DNA of 64,000 nucleotides from Eledone cirrhosa (lineage: Eukaryota): assembly GCA_964016885.1 (NCBI GenBank), contig OZ024764.1, positions 13,268,001-13,332,000 on the forward strand, read 5' to 3'. Made by a program: the position numbers and the translations under genes. Below, in pieces: positions 12,180 to 24,954 of this stretch. The notes below the pieces were generated by a model. The model ran no database searches, was not told the DNA's origin, and saw only the letters and a list, made by a program, of their open reading frames with translations. Position 1 is the stretch's first letter. Each line of letters opens with the position of its first letter.

Positions 12180-13177
12180 TGTATATATATATATATATAC
12201 AATATATTAATAAATGGAAACTATATTTATAAAACCATATTTATTTTATTATACATATTTCAAAGGCCACCAAGGCAAATTAGGGGAAAGAGCCCTCTCC
12301 CAGTTTTTCTACTGCGATCTACTTTCTTTATTAGCCTAACAGGGTTCACATTAAGAAAACATTAAAGACAGTACAGGACAATACAATGAGGGTTTGTTAT
12401 GTGTGCAAAATATAATTTATAAAAGAGACTAAGAAAATACACATTTAAAAAATATCAAACAAATTCCCCAAAAGTGATGAGACCTCTGGGGGTCACTTGT
12501 TGAGAAAGCCCTGAAAAATAATAATCATTTCTTTATTAGCCCCACAGGGCTCACATTAAGGAAACATTAAAGGAAGTCAGGATGATACAGTGAGGGTTTT
12601 TCTTTGATGTAAAGTAAAATTTATAAAAGAGACTAAGAAAATATATTTTTAAAACAAACAAGGTCCCCAAAGTTGAGGAGACCCTAAGGGTCACTTGTGA
12701 ATATCATCTTGGTTAAGAGAGTGGGACTGGCTTTGTGCAGTGCCTTTGCTCACTATAAAAGCTTCACGGCACAGGCATTGTTTTGTATCTGGAGATTTCT
12801 CTGCACTTGTCGTCACAGGGTACCATGGGCCCAGCACTATGTGTCAGTAATTGTCACAAGTGTAGTATTTGTACCAGAGTTTTCAAGTCGTTGGCTGGAC
12901 TAGAAAGTCACACTCGTTCAGCGCATCAGTAGGGGTTCTCCTACATGGATATAAAGTAGTGGCCGTACTCGAAAACGAGTTGGCAGCCACCATATATATA
13001 TATATATAAATGAAAAAGTATGTATATATATATAGGAAAAAGTATGACCCCATACTTTTTCCTATTTCCCACTCTACTACCCTAAGTATTGAGTACATTG
13101 GTGCGTTATGGTCCATCTGGTTTCTTACCACAATTCCTTTGTTATATATATATATATATATATAGATACACACACAC

Positions 13178-13210
<33 letters not shown>

Positions 13211-13267
13211 TGTATGTATGTATATATATATATACACAGTATGTATGTATATATATATATATATACG

Positions 13268-14305
13268 TGAAATCTCACTTAGGATTAGGAAAGCAAGTGA
13301 TGCTTTCGGAAAGCTAGAAAGGCGACTCTGGGGTCGGCGAGACATATGCAGGAGGACAAAGGTAAAGGTGTACAGGGCATGTGTGCTCTCTTGTCTTCTT
13401 TATGCCTGCGAGACCTGGGTCACATATCGACACCACCTTAAGCAATTGGAGCGTTTCCATCAGATGTGTCTCAGACGGATCCATGGCGTTCACTGGAGGG
13501 ACCACATCAGTGATGTCGAGATTTTGGAAAGCTCTATGTGTGACAGTATAGAAGCTCTTGTGCTTAAGCAGCGACTCCGTTGGAGTGGTCACCTTGCCAG
13601 GATGAAGGATTCTAGAATACCAAAACAACTCTTTTATGGAGAGTTGGTTAAAGGAAAACGACCGCCACATAAACCAAAAAAGAGGTATAAGGATTCCTTG
13701 AAAGCCTCTCTGAAAGACGCTAACATCTCTGCTGATACATGGGAGAATATTGCTGCTGATCGTAATAAATGGAGAAAGACTGTATATGAGGGAAAAGTTG
13801 CCTTTGAGGCATCTCGAATCGCATACGAGAAAGTAAAGCGGGATGTGAGGAAGGGTATTGCTGTTGCACTTCCAGACGGCGAGGGTCTTCCTATGGTGCT
13901 GACATGCAGCGTCTGTGCGAGACTCTGCCTAAGCAAAGCTGGACTCGAAAGTCATCTTCGCAGTCACAAAGTAAAACCAGTGGTTGACTACCAGGCTGCT
14001 GTTGGAGATGCTACTCATCATGCCTGCCAAGCATGTGGTAGAGAATGTAAATCAGCAGGAGGGCTCAAACGACATGCAAAAGTACACAAACTCCAACCAC
14101 AGCCGACTATTCCCAGTGAATGTTTTGGTTGCCGACTCTGTGCAAGACATTTTAGATCATTGGCTGGGCTAAAAAGCCACATTCGATCGCAGCGCTGTTA
14201 GTTGCTATCGTGTGTGTGTGTAGATATGCTTATGTGTGTGCGTGTGTGTGTATATATATATGTATATGTATATTATTATTGTTGTTGTCGTTATTATTAT
14301 TATTG

Positions 14306-14337
<32 letters not shown>

Positions 14338-14444
14338 GTTATTAATGTATGTGTGTGTGTATATGTGTGTGAGTGTGTGTGTGTGTGTATATGTGTATGT
14401 ATATGTATATATATATATTTTTTTTTTATATTATTTTTTATTTT

Positions 14445-14486
<42 letters not shown>

Positions 14487-14532
14487 TTTTTTTTCTTCTC
14501 GTGCAATGGCCATACTCGATAACGAGGGGGCA

Positions 14533-14540
<8 letters not shown>
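13268..14540 (+). mobile_element. RTE (BovB-like) LINE 3' part with three C2H2-type fingers
   Basis: LLYACETW, RLRWSGHLARM and PKQLFYGEL motifs. Terminal ctcgataacgag hairpin at ~14515, also seen at ~12968. Confidence 0.88.
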
Positions 14541-14579
<39 letters not shown>

Positions 14580-14590
14580 AAGATAATATT

Positions 14591-15574
14591 TTACCATTTT
14601 TTCAGTTTACCCCCTAAGAATAAAAACCGTTTGTCATTTCCATGAATATAAGCAGGAATGCGTGAAAATGAACTGGAACTGACCAATAGATGGTCACAAG
14701 ACATTAGTATGAACTGATCCAGGATAAGTTTCTCCATGCCCTCACAAATAAGTGACCTATAAGGTTTATCCATGTGTATAATAGGCCCATCTGTGTCAAT
14801 AAACCTTTTGCTGTAAAATCTTTTCGCCAGGTTCCTTACATCTTGAGAATCTGTCGTTACAAAGACAGTAGAATTAACTGCCGTTTTGTTAAAATAATCC
14901 CAAATTACTTCAGTATCTTTTATTTTATTCATAACCTGATTATCCCATGGAATTGTTTTCGATTTCCCCATTCTTATCTGGGCACAAGCAAGTGTATGAT
15001 TTTTCGTAGGTTTAGCCATTTTTGTAAAATTTTTTAGCTTTTGATTTACAGTTTCATTTAGTTTAAACAAATGCTCAAAAACATTTTTATACATTATAGC
15101 TTTTTCCCATTTTGGCACTTTGTCCTTGTATAAGAAATTTGCACGTAGCTGAAATATATATTCCTGATTAGCAGATATATACACAACATCTTGTTGGTAT
15201 TGTTTATTGAAATCCATCATAATCAAGCTTTTAGTATATTCGGCATTATTTCGAACATCTATGAAAATTGAAGACAAATTTTGAAGCTCCGAGTTGGGTA
15301 TGTCCCAATTGTAGCTGTTCGGGATGAGATAATTTCTCAAATCGCATGGGTTCGTCATCATAATGCCAAAAGTTCTATCAGTTGCGCCTGCCAAAATGTA
15401 CGTGGCTACTATACCGATCAGACGATTTCCCCATCCACTACAATGGACTGCTCCAATTCCACCAACACACTTATAGATAAGGTACTTCTTCTTTGAGTTC
15501 AAATTCATCTCAAGTTTGTTTAGAAGATTTGTTTGATGCTCAATTATATTTGAGCTTTCCTTCAGCTGTTTCAC
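14591..15574 (-). CDS. Fucosyltransferase superfamily (alpha-1,2/1,6/O-FucT, GT-B) catalytic exon
   Basis: Acceptor (cttt)n cag|GTG, 984-nt open frame. Motifs GWGNRL, CAQIRMG, VFVTTDS and DQFILMSCDHLLVSSSSFS correspond to FucT motifs I-III. Confidence 0.85.
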   Translation of the reverse strand: MKQLKESSNIIEHQTNLLNKLEMNLNSKKKYLIYKCVGGIGAVHCSGWGNRLIGIVATYILAGATDRTFGIMMTNPCDLRNYLIPNSYNWDIPNSELQNLSSIFIDVRNNAEYTKSLIMMDFNKQYQQDVVYISANQEYIFQLRANFLYKDKVPKWEKAIMYKNVFEHLFKLNETVNQKLKNFTKMAKPTKNHTLACAQIRMGKSKTIPWDNQVMNKIKDTEVIWDYFNKTAVNSTVFVTTDSQDVRNLAKRFYSKRFIDTDGPIIHMDKPYRSLICEGMEKLILDQFILMSCDHLLVSSSSFSRIPAYIHGNDKRFLFLGGKLKKW

Positions 15575-16479
15575 CTGAAAGGAAAGGAAAGGAAAGGAAA
15601 GGAAAGGAAAGTAAAAAAAACAGAAATGAAATGAAGGAAAGGAAGGAAAGAAGGAAGGCACCTGTCTACACTATAATACCCCACTCTCAACATACTAATA
15701 CACCCCAGGCACATGGCTAAGTGGTTAGAGCATTGGGCTTGCAATCGAAAGGTTGTGAGTTCAATTCTCAGACCGGGTGATGTGTTGTTTTCCTTGAGCA
15801 AGACACTTTATTTCACATTGCTCCAGTTTACTCAGCTGTAGAAATGAGATGATAGGTACTGGGGTCACTATCATTCCACTGCAAAGTGGACGTGTAGGCG
15901 CCACGGCAAAAAAGCACCCAGCCCACACTGCAAAGTGGTCGTGTAGGCACCACGGGAAAAAAAAGCACCCAGCACTCACTGTAAAAATGAGGTTGGTGTT
16001 AGGAAGGGCATCCAGCTGTAGAAATCAAGCTAGAATCAGTTCCCGTATGAGCAAGACAAGGTCAGCTGACCGGACACTGCCCACAACAGGACAACCCGTC
16101 TAACCCACGCTAGCGTGGAAGAACGGACGTAAAACGGTGATGATGATGATGATCCCAGCACCCTCCATACACTACAACACCACACCCTACACTCTCCTTA
16201 CACTACCACATCACCCCCACGCCAACTTCCATACACTAATATAGCTCTGACATGTTGATAGTTTGAAATAAATTCTTTCATGAATTCGTTATTTATGAGA
16301 GAAATGCTTTTTATAGAAAACATAAACAGCTAGGACAAAGCTGGTCAAAGGCTTAGTTTATATAAACAGGCAGCATTCATTTCTAGCTTTAAGAGCTTTC
16401 AGCAATTTTAGAGGAAGGAAAAATCAAATATTTTTACCCAATATAAACGCTGTAGCATTTAAACTGACTGTAACTATAT

Positions 16480-17035
16480 GGTGTTTGGAACATAACTTAA
16501 CAAAGGTTCTTAAATAAAATTATGATGGAAGGTTTTTAGATAAATATAAACACTTTAACCCTTTCATTACCATATTTCTAGTGAAAGACACTGTTGGTGT
16601 TTGGAACATAACTTAACAAAGGTTCTTACATAAAATTATGATGGAAGGTTTTTAGATAAATATAAACACTTTAACCCTTTCATTACCATATTTCTAGTGA
16701 AAGACACTGTTGGTGTTTGGAACATAACTTAACAAAGGTTCTTAAATAAAATTATGATGGAAGGTTTTTAGATAAATATAAACACTTTAACCCTTTCATT
16801 ACCATATTTCTAATGAAAGACACTGTTGGTGTTTGGAACATAACTTAACAAAGGTTCTTAAATAAAATTATGATGGAAGGTTTTTAGATAAATATAAACA
16901 CTTTAACCCTTTCATTACCATATTTCTAGTGAAAGACACTGTTGGTGTTTGGAACATAACTTAACAAAGGTTCTTAAATAAAATTATGATGGAAGGTTTT
17001 TAGATAAATATAAACACTTTAACCCTTTCACTACC
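16480..17035. repeat. 116-bp tandem repeat (about 4.8 copies) containing a ttaaccctttc MITE-like terminus
   Basis: gtgtttggaacataac recurs at 16481, 16597, 16713 and onward. Confidence 0.9.
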
Positions 17036-17195
17036 ATTCTTCAGAATTCGTACATGTTATTTTCCTCGATCGTAAAAAGGATAGAAAGATAAATTACGAC
17101 TGAAAAGTTGGGGTAAAAAAATCAGAAAGATTTTACTTAGGTAACTTAGGCGAGCGATTCAGAAAGCTGTGCATGCCACAGGTTGCTCACAACTG

Positions 17196-18697
17196 CTTTA
17201 GCATTTTAACCGGCTGTATCTGGCCAGAATTCTCTCACCTCTTTCTCTTCAAACCAGCTGTAACTGGCTGCTTATACTGATGTTAAGGTATTGTTCTCAA
17301 AATAAATAATATCAAAATCTCGTAGATTACATATTATGTGAGATATTACGTGAGGTAAAGCCTTTACCATGAAAATACAATAGTATATATAGAGTAATGT
17401 AAATGTTATGTGAGATAATTATGTGAGGTAAAGCCTTTACCATGAAAATACAATAGTATATATAGAGTAATGTAAATGTTATGTGAGATATTACGTGAGG
17501 TAAAGCCTTTACCATGAAAATACAATAGTATATATAGAGTAATGTAAATGTTATGTGAGATATTATGTGAGGTAAAGCCTTTACTGTGAAAATACAATAG
17601 TATATATAGAGTAATGTAAATGTTATGTGAGATATTATGTGAGGTAAAGCCATTACTGTGAAAATACAATAGTATATATAGAGTAATGTAAATGTTATGT
17701 GAGGTAATATGTGAGGTAAAGCCATTACTGTGAAAATACAATAGTATATATAGAGTAATGTAAATGTTATGTGAGATATTATGTGAGGTAAAGCCTTTAC
17801 CATGAAAATACAATAGTATATATAGAGTAATGTAAATGTTATGTGAGATATTATGTGAGGTAAAGCCTTTACTGTGAAAATACAATAGTATATATAGAGT
17901 AATGTAAATGTTATGTGAAATATTATGTGAGGTAAAGCCTTTACCATGAAAATACAATAGTATATATAGAGTAATGTAAATGTTATGTGAGGTAAAGCCT
18001 TTACCATGAAAATACAATAGTATATATAGAGTAATGTAAATGTTATGTGAGATAATTATGTGAGGTAAAGCCTTTACCATGAAAATACAATAGTATATAT
18101 AGAGTAATGTAAATGTTATGTGAGATATTACGTGAGGTAAATCCTTTACCATGAAAATACAATAGTATATATAGAGTAATGTAAATGTTATGTGAGATAA
18201 TTATGTGAGGTAAAGCCTTTACCATGAAAATACAATAGTATATATAGAGTAATGTAAATGTTATGTGAGATAATTATGTGAGGTAAAGCCTTTACCATGA
18301 AAATACAATAGTATATATAGAGTAATGTAAATGTTATGTGAGGTAAAGCCTTTACCATGAAAATACAATAGTATATATAGAGTAATGTAAATGTTATGTG
18401 AGATAATTATGTGAGGTAAAGCCTTTACCATGAAAATACAATAGTATATATAGAGTAATGTAAATGTTATGTGAGATAATTATGTGAGGTAAAGCCTTTA
18501 CCATGAAAATACAATAGTATATATAGAGTAATGTAAATGTTATGTGAGATAATTATGTGAGGTAAAGCCTTTACCATGAAAATACAATAGTAAATATAGA
18601 GTAATGTAAATGTTATGTGAGATAATTATGTAAGGTAAAGCCTTTACCATGAAAATACAATAGTAAATATAGAGTAATGTAAATGCTAAAGGGTTAA
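17196..18697 (+). mobile_element. Same MITE with about 20 internal 69/70-bp units
   Basis: Left arm ctttagcattttaaccggc..., array 17330-18680, right end aaatgctaaagggttaa. Confidence 0.85.
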
Positions 18698-18984
18698 ACA
18701 GGCCATATCTGGCCAGAATTCTCTCACCTCTTTCTCTTCAAACCAGCTGTAACTGGCTGCTCATACTGTCGTTAAGGTATTGTTCTCAAAATAATAATGT
18801 GAGATAAAAATCCAAACCTTATTTACTTAGAATTTGAAGTTGGAGAAAATCATCCCTGAGAAGTATGTGAGGTTAAGTTAAGTTAGTATTATAAAGTGGA
18901 AGGATGTCTTTGTCACACACAGTGTCATGCTGAATCTCCCTGAGAAGTGTGTAAGATTAGATTATGTTAGGTTAGATTACATAC

Positions 18985-19101
18985 CAGAAGTGTCTGGAGA
19001 TAGTTGACTTGCTGCAATGAGGGTCCCGTTCTTTTTGGGGACCACGAATCCATAAACAATATGCCAAATATAACAACTGTGATCAGACAGACGAATATCG
19101 A
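18985..19101 (-). CDS. Fucosyltransferase-like gene, TM exon (SIFVCLITVVIFGILFMDSWSPKRTGPSLQQVNYLQTLL)
   Basis: Acceptor cattcttcag, donor CTG|gtatgt, 117 nt, phase 0-0. Encodes a hydrophobic signal-anchor plus stem. Confidence 0.78.
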
Positions 19102-19122
19102 CTGAAGAATGATAAAAATAAA

Positions 19123-19172
<50 letters not shown>

Positions 19173-19179
19173 TAATGCT

Positions 19180-21521
19180 TTCTTTATTAACCACAAGGGT
19201 TTACACAAAGTAGACATTAAGGACAATACAGGACGGTACAAATGGGCATTTCTGCGTGTGAAAAACAAAAAAAAAAAAGTGGATGTAATAATAGAACAAT
19301 GAAAAATTCCCCAATAGGGGGGGAGATGTCCGAGGGCCATCGTAGAGAAAGCCCATTAAAAAAAAGCCACGGTGACCCTGACCACCAAGGCAATTGTCCT
19401 CTCCCAGTTTTCCACCTTCAATTTACAGACATATACTCAGAGTAGGTCCATTCACTCGGGCCATTCTTGCCTCTCTCACCCATCTTTCAACAAAATGCTG
19501 GGAAGAGAGCACTCCCCGGCCACAGTGACCCTGACCACCAGGGCAAGTGCCCTCTCCCAGTTTTCCACCTTCAATTTACAGACATATACTCAGAGTAGGT
19601 CCATTCACTCGGGCCATTCTTGCCTCTCTCACCCATCTTTCAACAAAATGCTGGGAAGAGAGCACTCCCCGGCCACAGTGACCCTGACCACCAGGGCAAG
19701 TGCCCTCTCCCAGTTTTCCACCTTCAATTTACAGACATATACTCAGAGTAGGTCCATTCACTCGGGCCATTCTTGCCTCTCTCACCCATCTTTCAACAAA
19801 ATGCTGGGAAGAGAGCACTCCCCGGCCACAGTGACCCTGACCACCAGGGCAAGTGCCCTCTCCCAGTTTTCCACCTTCAATTTACAGACATATACTCAGA
19901 GTAGGTCCATTCACTCGGGCCATTCTTGCCTCTCTCACCCATCTTTCAACAAAATGCTGGGAAGAGAGCACTCCCCGGCCACAGTGACCCTGACCACCAG
20001 GGCAAGTGCCCTCTCCCAGTTTTCCACCTTCAATTTACAGACATATACTCAGAGTAGGCCCATTCACTCGGGCCATTCTTGCCTCTCTCACCCATCTTTC
20101 AACAAAATGCTGGGAAGAGAGCACCTCACTCTCTACCCTGATTTTCCTTTTCAAATGAAATTGGAAAAAGTCAATCAGGGCATCACCGAAGAGGTAAGTG
20201 CTCGTCTTCAGCCCTTTCAGACGTGTCCACCATACTATCTCTTTCACCATGCCCACCAGACAGATAAAAACTGCCTGCCCTTCCCGGCTAAAGGAAGAGG
20301 GCAGGGCAATCCTCACGATGGACTCAGCTGATAGTCGGATCCGTTCTACACGCGACAGCAGGTGTTCGACATAAACCCACAAGTCAGCAATGCTCAGACA
20401 CTGGACGAGTGCATGCAGGACGGTTTCGCCGCCCTGCACGCATCTCGGACATGCCCGGCTGACGGCACCTCCATGCCTGTAGAATTTATCCCGAACTGGT
20501 AAAGCTCCTCGGTAGCACTGCCATGCCAGATATTTCTGGAAGTTGTCCATAGGCCCCGGCCCGAAAGTTCTTCCAAAGAGATTGGCTAGTTAATTTTCGT
20601 CGACACCTAGAGTTTCCCCAAGTACGTCGTCACTCTCCCCCCTCCCCCCACTAATCCTCTATAGAACGCCAAGGTGGAGTTTCCACCGATCGCATTGCCC
20701 GATTGGTCAAGAGCTGTGAACGCCTGAAGACATTCCAGTCTCCAAGCGCTCCCTCTCGGTCTTCGCTTGACCTAGGACTGCAGCTCCGCCAAGGAGACGA
20801 GCTGGGGAAAGACGTGTCTAGCAAACGGTGACCACACCTGATCACCGTCGAGGAAGAGGTGGAGATGTCGTAACCTGAGCGTGTGTCTGCGCATCATTAG
20901 CCACGGCATGCCCAGCCCTGCACGTAGCGGGTGTTGACAGCAGATGGACCGCCTGACCATCGGAGCGTGTCCCTTCCACAAAAAGCGAAAGAGCAAAAGC
21001 TCCAGCGCAGTCAGGCGAGGCTTAGGACAAGGCACGACGGTCAGGCGGTAGTATATGACGGACGCGATGTACGCATTAGCCACCTCCGCTCGACCTTTCA
21101 GGGATAGCTTCCTCTCCACCCATTTCTGGGTGAGAGAAGCCGCCCTGCTTGTCACCTCATCCCAGTTTTTGTCCGTCTGGAGGTCCACTCCAAACCAGAC
21201 GCCTAACAATTTAATTGGTCCGTCCGTCCAGTGCCCGACGACGGCGTTGGACAGCATGGACCTGCCTCTCCAGGTGCCGAACTGCAGGCCCACTGACATT
21301 TTCTGGTTGATCATTGCTCCTGTCACCGCTTCGTATTCTCTTAGCGCAGTGCCGATCGCCTCAATGTGTTTGGCGTTCGACACCACTATGGTGACATCGT
21401 CCGCATATGCTGACACGGATCTTCCGCATCCTAATTCGCGTGGGACCCCCCTCAATGTCTCCAGTTTGTGCAGTAATGGCTCGAGAGTCAATACGTACAA
21501 GAGGGACGAGAGGGGACATCC
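19180..21521 (-). mobile_element. Tx1/L1-clade LINE, 5'-truncated, with (ATT)n tail; further 3' fragments at 12282-12700 and 23540-24045
   Basis: GCPLSSLLYVL.LEP, SAYADD, LSLKGRA and CPRC...ETVLHALVQC motifs. AATAAA precedes the tail. Confidence 0.9.
19372..20123. repeat. 153-bp tandem repeat (about 5 copies) of the Tx1 ORF2 end/3' UTR
   Basis: gtgaccctgaccacc recurs every 153 bp. The unit includes the Tx1 stop codon. Confidence 0.92.
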
Positions 21522-21802
21522 TTACACATACACATATATATACATATATACACACACATATAGCGTCATAATTCCGTAATGCAGACATACAGACAGATAT
21601 TATAAGGGTGCAACGTTATATCTATGTCTCTATCTAAAAAGAAAGACTAAGAATTATAGAGAGAGATCGCTAAATCGCCTAATGCGGTCCCTAAGGCATT
21701 GAAAATTTGAAATTTTTTTTCTCTCAAAACACTCACAGGACCATAAGTATTACATGTGTAAAGTTTGAAAACAATCGGTTGGGTGGTTCAGTAGTGATAT
21801 TA

Positions 21803-22800
21803 GAATGTAGTTTGGACTAGATAAATGCACCAAAGCAACATTCACCAGAGGAAAGCTACTGAGAAGTTCAGACATTAATCTTGATCAGGGGAATGTGATA
21901 AGAGAACTTGATCAAGAGGAAACTTACAAATATCTAGGTGTTTGTGGAGGAGACGGAATCAAGCACTCGACAATAAGGGAAAGGATAAGGAAGGAATGTT
22001 ACTGCAGAGTAAGAGAAATTTTAAGGACGGAATTGAATGCAAGGAATAGGATCGATGCCATAAACATGCTTGCCATACCAGTAGTAACCTACAGTTACAA
22101 TGTCATCAACTGGTCAAGCACAGAGATCCGTAGGCTCGATACAAAAATTAGAAAATTCTTAACCATGCACAGAATGCATCACCCTAAGGCAGATACAGAT
22201 AGAATATATCTCCCTAGGAAAAAAGGAGGATGTGGATTAATCCAGTTAGATATTGCATTGGAAACTGCAACAATTGGATTATCTACATATCTAAGGGAAT
22301 CACATGATTGGATGATCAAACTCGTTTTGAAACATGAAAGCATCAAAAGATCATACTCCATTACAAAAGATGCACAAAGATACAGTAATGGACTACAAAT
22401 TTCAGAAGTTCCATTTACTGCTGAAATGAAAAACATAGAAAAAGCAAAGCAGGTAAAAGTAACTGCAAAGAAAGAACTGCTACAGAAACTGGCTAAGAAA
22501 TGGCAAGAAAAGCCCCTGTATGGAAAATACCCAGAAAGAGCTAACAATCCTGATGTTGACAAAACTTTAACCCATCAGTGGATGGCATCCTCTGGACTGA
22601 AATCGGAGACTGAAGGACTGATTATATCAGCACAAGATCAATGTCTGCCAACAAAAAATTATCAAGCCAACATAATAAAAAATGGATGCAACCCATTATG
22701 CCGTGTATGTAAAAAACAATCAGAGACCATTGATCATATAATTTCAATGTGCAGTCCTATAGCTCCAACCAAATACCTAAACAGGCACAACAGAGCTTAT
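21803..22800 (+). mobile_element. R4/Dong-like (R2 group, RLE-type) non-LTR fragment
   Basis: YKYLGV, AIPVVTYS, YLPRKKGG.GL, ETEGLIISAQDQ, and CCHC motif CRVC...ETIDHIISMC. Confidence 0.85.
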
Positions 22801-23224
22801 CTCCCTTAAAATGTCAGCTCCTTCATCTTGTGTGCTCCAGATGTCCTCATCTGCGTTAATGGTTTTATCAACCCCGTAACACTAAGACCATCACCGCCAC
22901 CAACACAACACCCAACCCCCACAGCCACAACTGCCACCACCATCACCACCACTGCCACCACCACCACCACCATCACAACACCCAACCCCCACTGCTACGA
23001 CCACCACTGCCACCAGCATCCCCACCACCACCACCACCACCACCACCACAACACCTGCCCCCCCCCCCCCCCCCCCCGCAACAGCATCATCATCATCATC
23101 ACCATCACCATCATCAACAACAACAACAACACCACCACCACCACCACCACCACCACAACACCACCCACCACCACCACAACAACACCACCCACCACCAGCA
23201 ACAACAACACCCCCCACCACCACC

Positions 23225-23256
<32 letters not shown>

Positions 23257-23267
23257 CCACAACCTAC

Positions 23268-23297
23268 CTTATATTTTGAGCTATTTAAAGTGTCCAT
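23268..23297 (-). CDS. Fucosyltransferase-like gene, first coding exon (MDTLNSSKYK)
   Basis: Acceptor tttcttgcag (exon starts 23317), ATG at 23297, donor AAG|gtaggt phase 0. Gives a short basic cytosolic tail before the TM exon. Confidence 0.7.
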
Positions 23298-24045
23298 TGT
23301 AATTCCCGTAGACAAATCTGCAAGAAATAATAATAATACTAATAATTGTTTCTACTTTAGGCACAAGGCCAGCAATTATCCCAGTGTATTACTGGTACTT
23401 TATTTTATCGACCCTGTAAGGATGAAAGGCAAAGTCAACCTCGGCGGGATTTGAACTCAGATCATAAAGGGCCATAACTATGCTGGAAAGCATGGCGTCC
23501 GACCCTCTACCGATACTGCCAATCCACCGCCTAATAATGGTTTCTTTATTGGCCACAAGGGCTAACATGAAGAAAAACATCACAGACGGTACAGGACGGT
23601 ACAAAGTGGGTTTTGGTCATGTAAAAAGGTTATAACAAGATAGAAATGTGTAAAAACAAATCAAAAAAATTCAAACAACAAAAATTCCCCTAAAAAAGGG
23701 GAAACCTCCAAGGGTCACTCGTGGTGAAAGCCACATAAAAGACCACAGCCACCCTGACCACCCTCTCTCAGTTCTCCCACTTCTCAGTCTACAGGTGCAT
23801 ACTCAGAGTGGGCCCGTTCACTCGGACCAGACTTGCCACTTTCACCAACCTTTCAACAAACTTACTAGAAGACAGCACTTGCCTCTCCACCCTGATTTTC
23901 CTCTTCAAGTGAAATTTGAATAAGTTAATCAGAGATTGGCCAGAGAGGAAAGTGTCCGTCTTCAATCCTTTCAACCTTGTCCACCACACAATCTCTTTCG
24001 CCATGGCCACCAGGCAGATGAAAACTGCCTGCCCTTCTTCCTCCT

Positions 24046-24304
24046 TAACCCTTTAGTGTTCAAACCGGCCAGAATTCTCTACCTCTTTCTGTTGAAACTG
24101 GCTGTAACTGGTCACTCATACTGATGTTAAGGTATTGTTCTCAAAATAAATACTTTCAAAATCTCATAGATTCGATATTATGTGAGATAATTATGCAAGT
24201 ATATATAAAATTATTGTTTCTACTTTTGGCACAAGACCAGCAATTACCCAGTACATTACTGGTACTTTATTTTATCTAAAATAATGTGAATGCTAAAGGG
24301 TTAA
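24046..24304 (+). mobile_element. Same MITE, array-free short form
   Basis: ttaaccctttagtgttcaaaccggccagaattctc ... aatgctaaagggttaa. Confidence 0.8.
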
Positions 24305-24954
24305 AGAAGGACAGCGGGGCTATCTGCACAATGAACTCAGTCGATAACTGGATCCGTCCTACAAGTGCCAACAGCAATAATAATAATAATAATGGTTTGT
24401 TGTATAGGTACAAGGCCAGCAATTTTAAGGGGAGGGGAAAGTCGATTAAATCGACCCCAGTGCATTACTGATACTTCATTTTATCGACCATGTAAGGATG
24501 AAAAGCAAAGTTAACCTTGGCGGGATTTGAACTCGGAACGTAAAGGGCCGTAACTCTAAGCCACGAAGCATAGTGTCCAACCCTCTACCGATAACAACCA
24601 ATAATAATTGTTTCTACTTTTGGCACAAGGCCAGCAATTACCCCACTGCATTACTGGTACTTCATTTTATCGACCATGTAAGGATGAAAAGCAAAGTTAA
24701 CCTTGGCGGGATTTGAACTCGGAACGTAAAGGGCCGTAACTCTAAGCCACGAAGCATAGTTCCCAACCCTTTACTAATACTGCCAATAAAATATTTGTAG
24801 CTAAGCCACATTATCTGACCCAAAAGTAGAAACAATTATCTGTGAGAAATGTGAAATAGACTGGAACGAGTTAGAATGGCATTCTCTCAAGCAGGTGCCC
24901 TATTTTACATCAGATTTTCATAAAACTAATTTCTAATGAGATTGAATGTTATTG

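Noticed and set aside
12242-12281. Hammerhead right half on the minus strand
   Set aside because: The CUGANGA half has been replaced by a Tx1 fragment, so it cannot be functional.
17020-17050. Minus-strand CTGAAGA...GAAA as a possible hammerhead
   Set aside because: No stem II or stem I pairing.
21590-21800. Possible Helitron/Helentron fragment
   Set aside because: Only a general resemblance; no termini can be shown.
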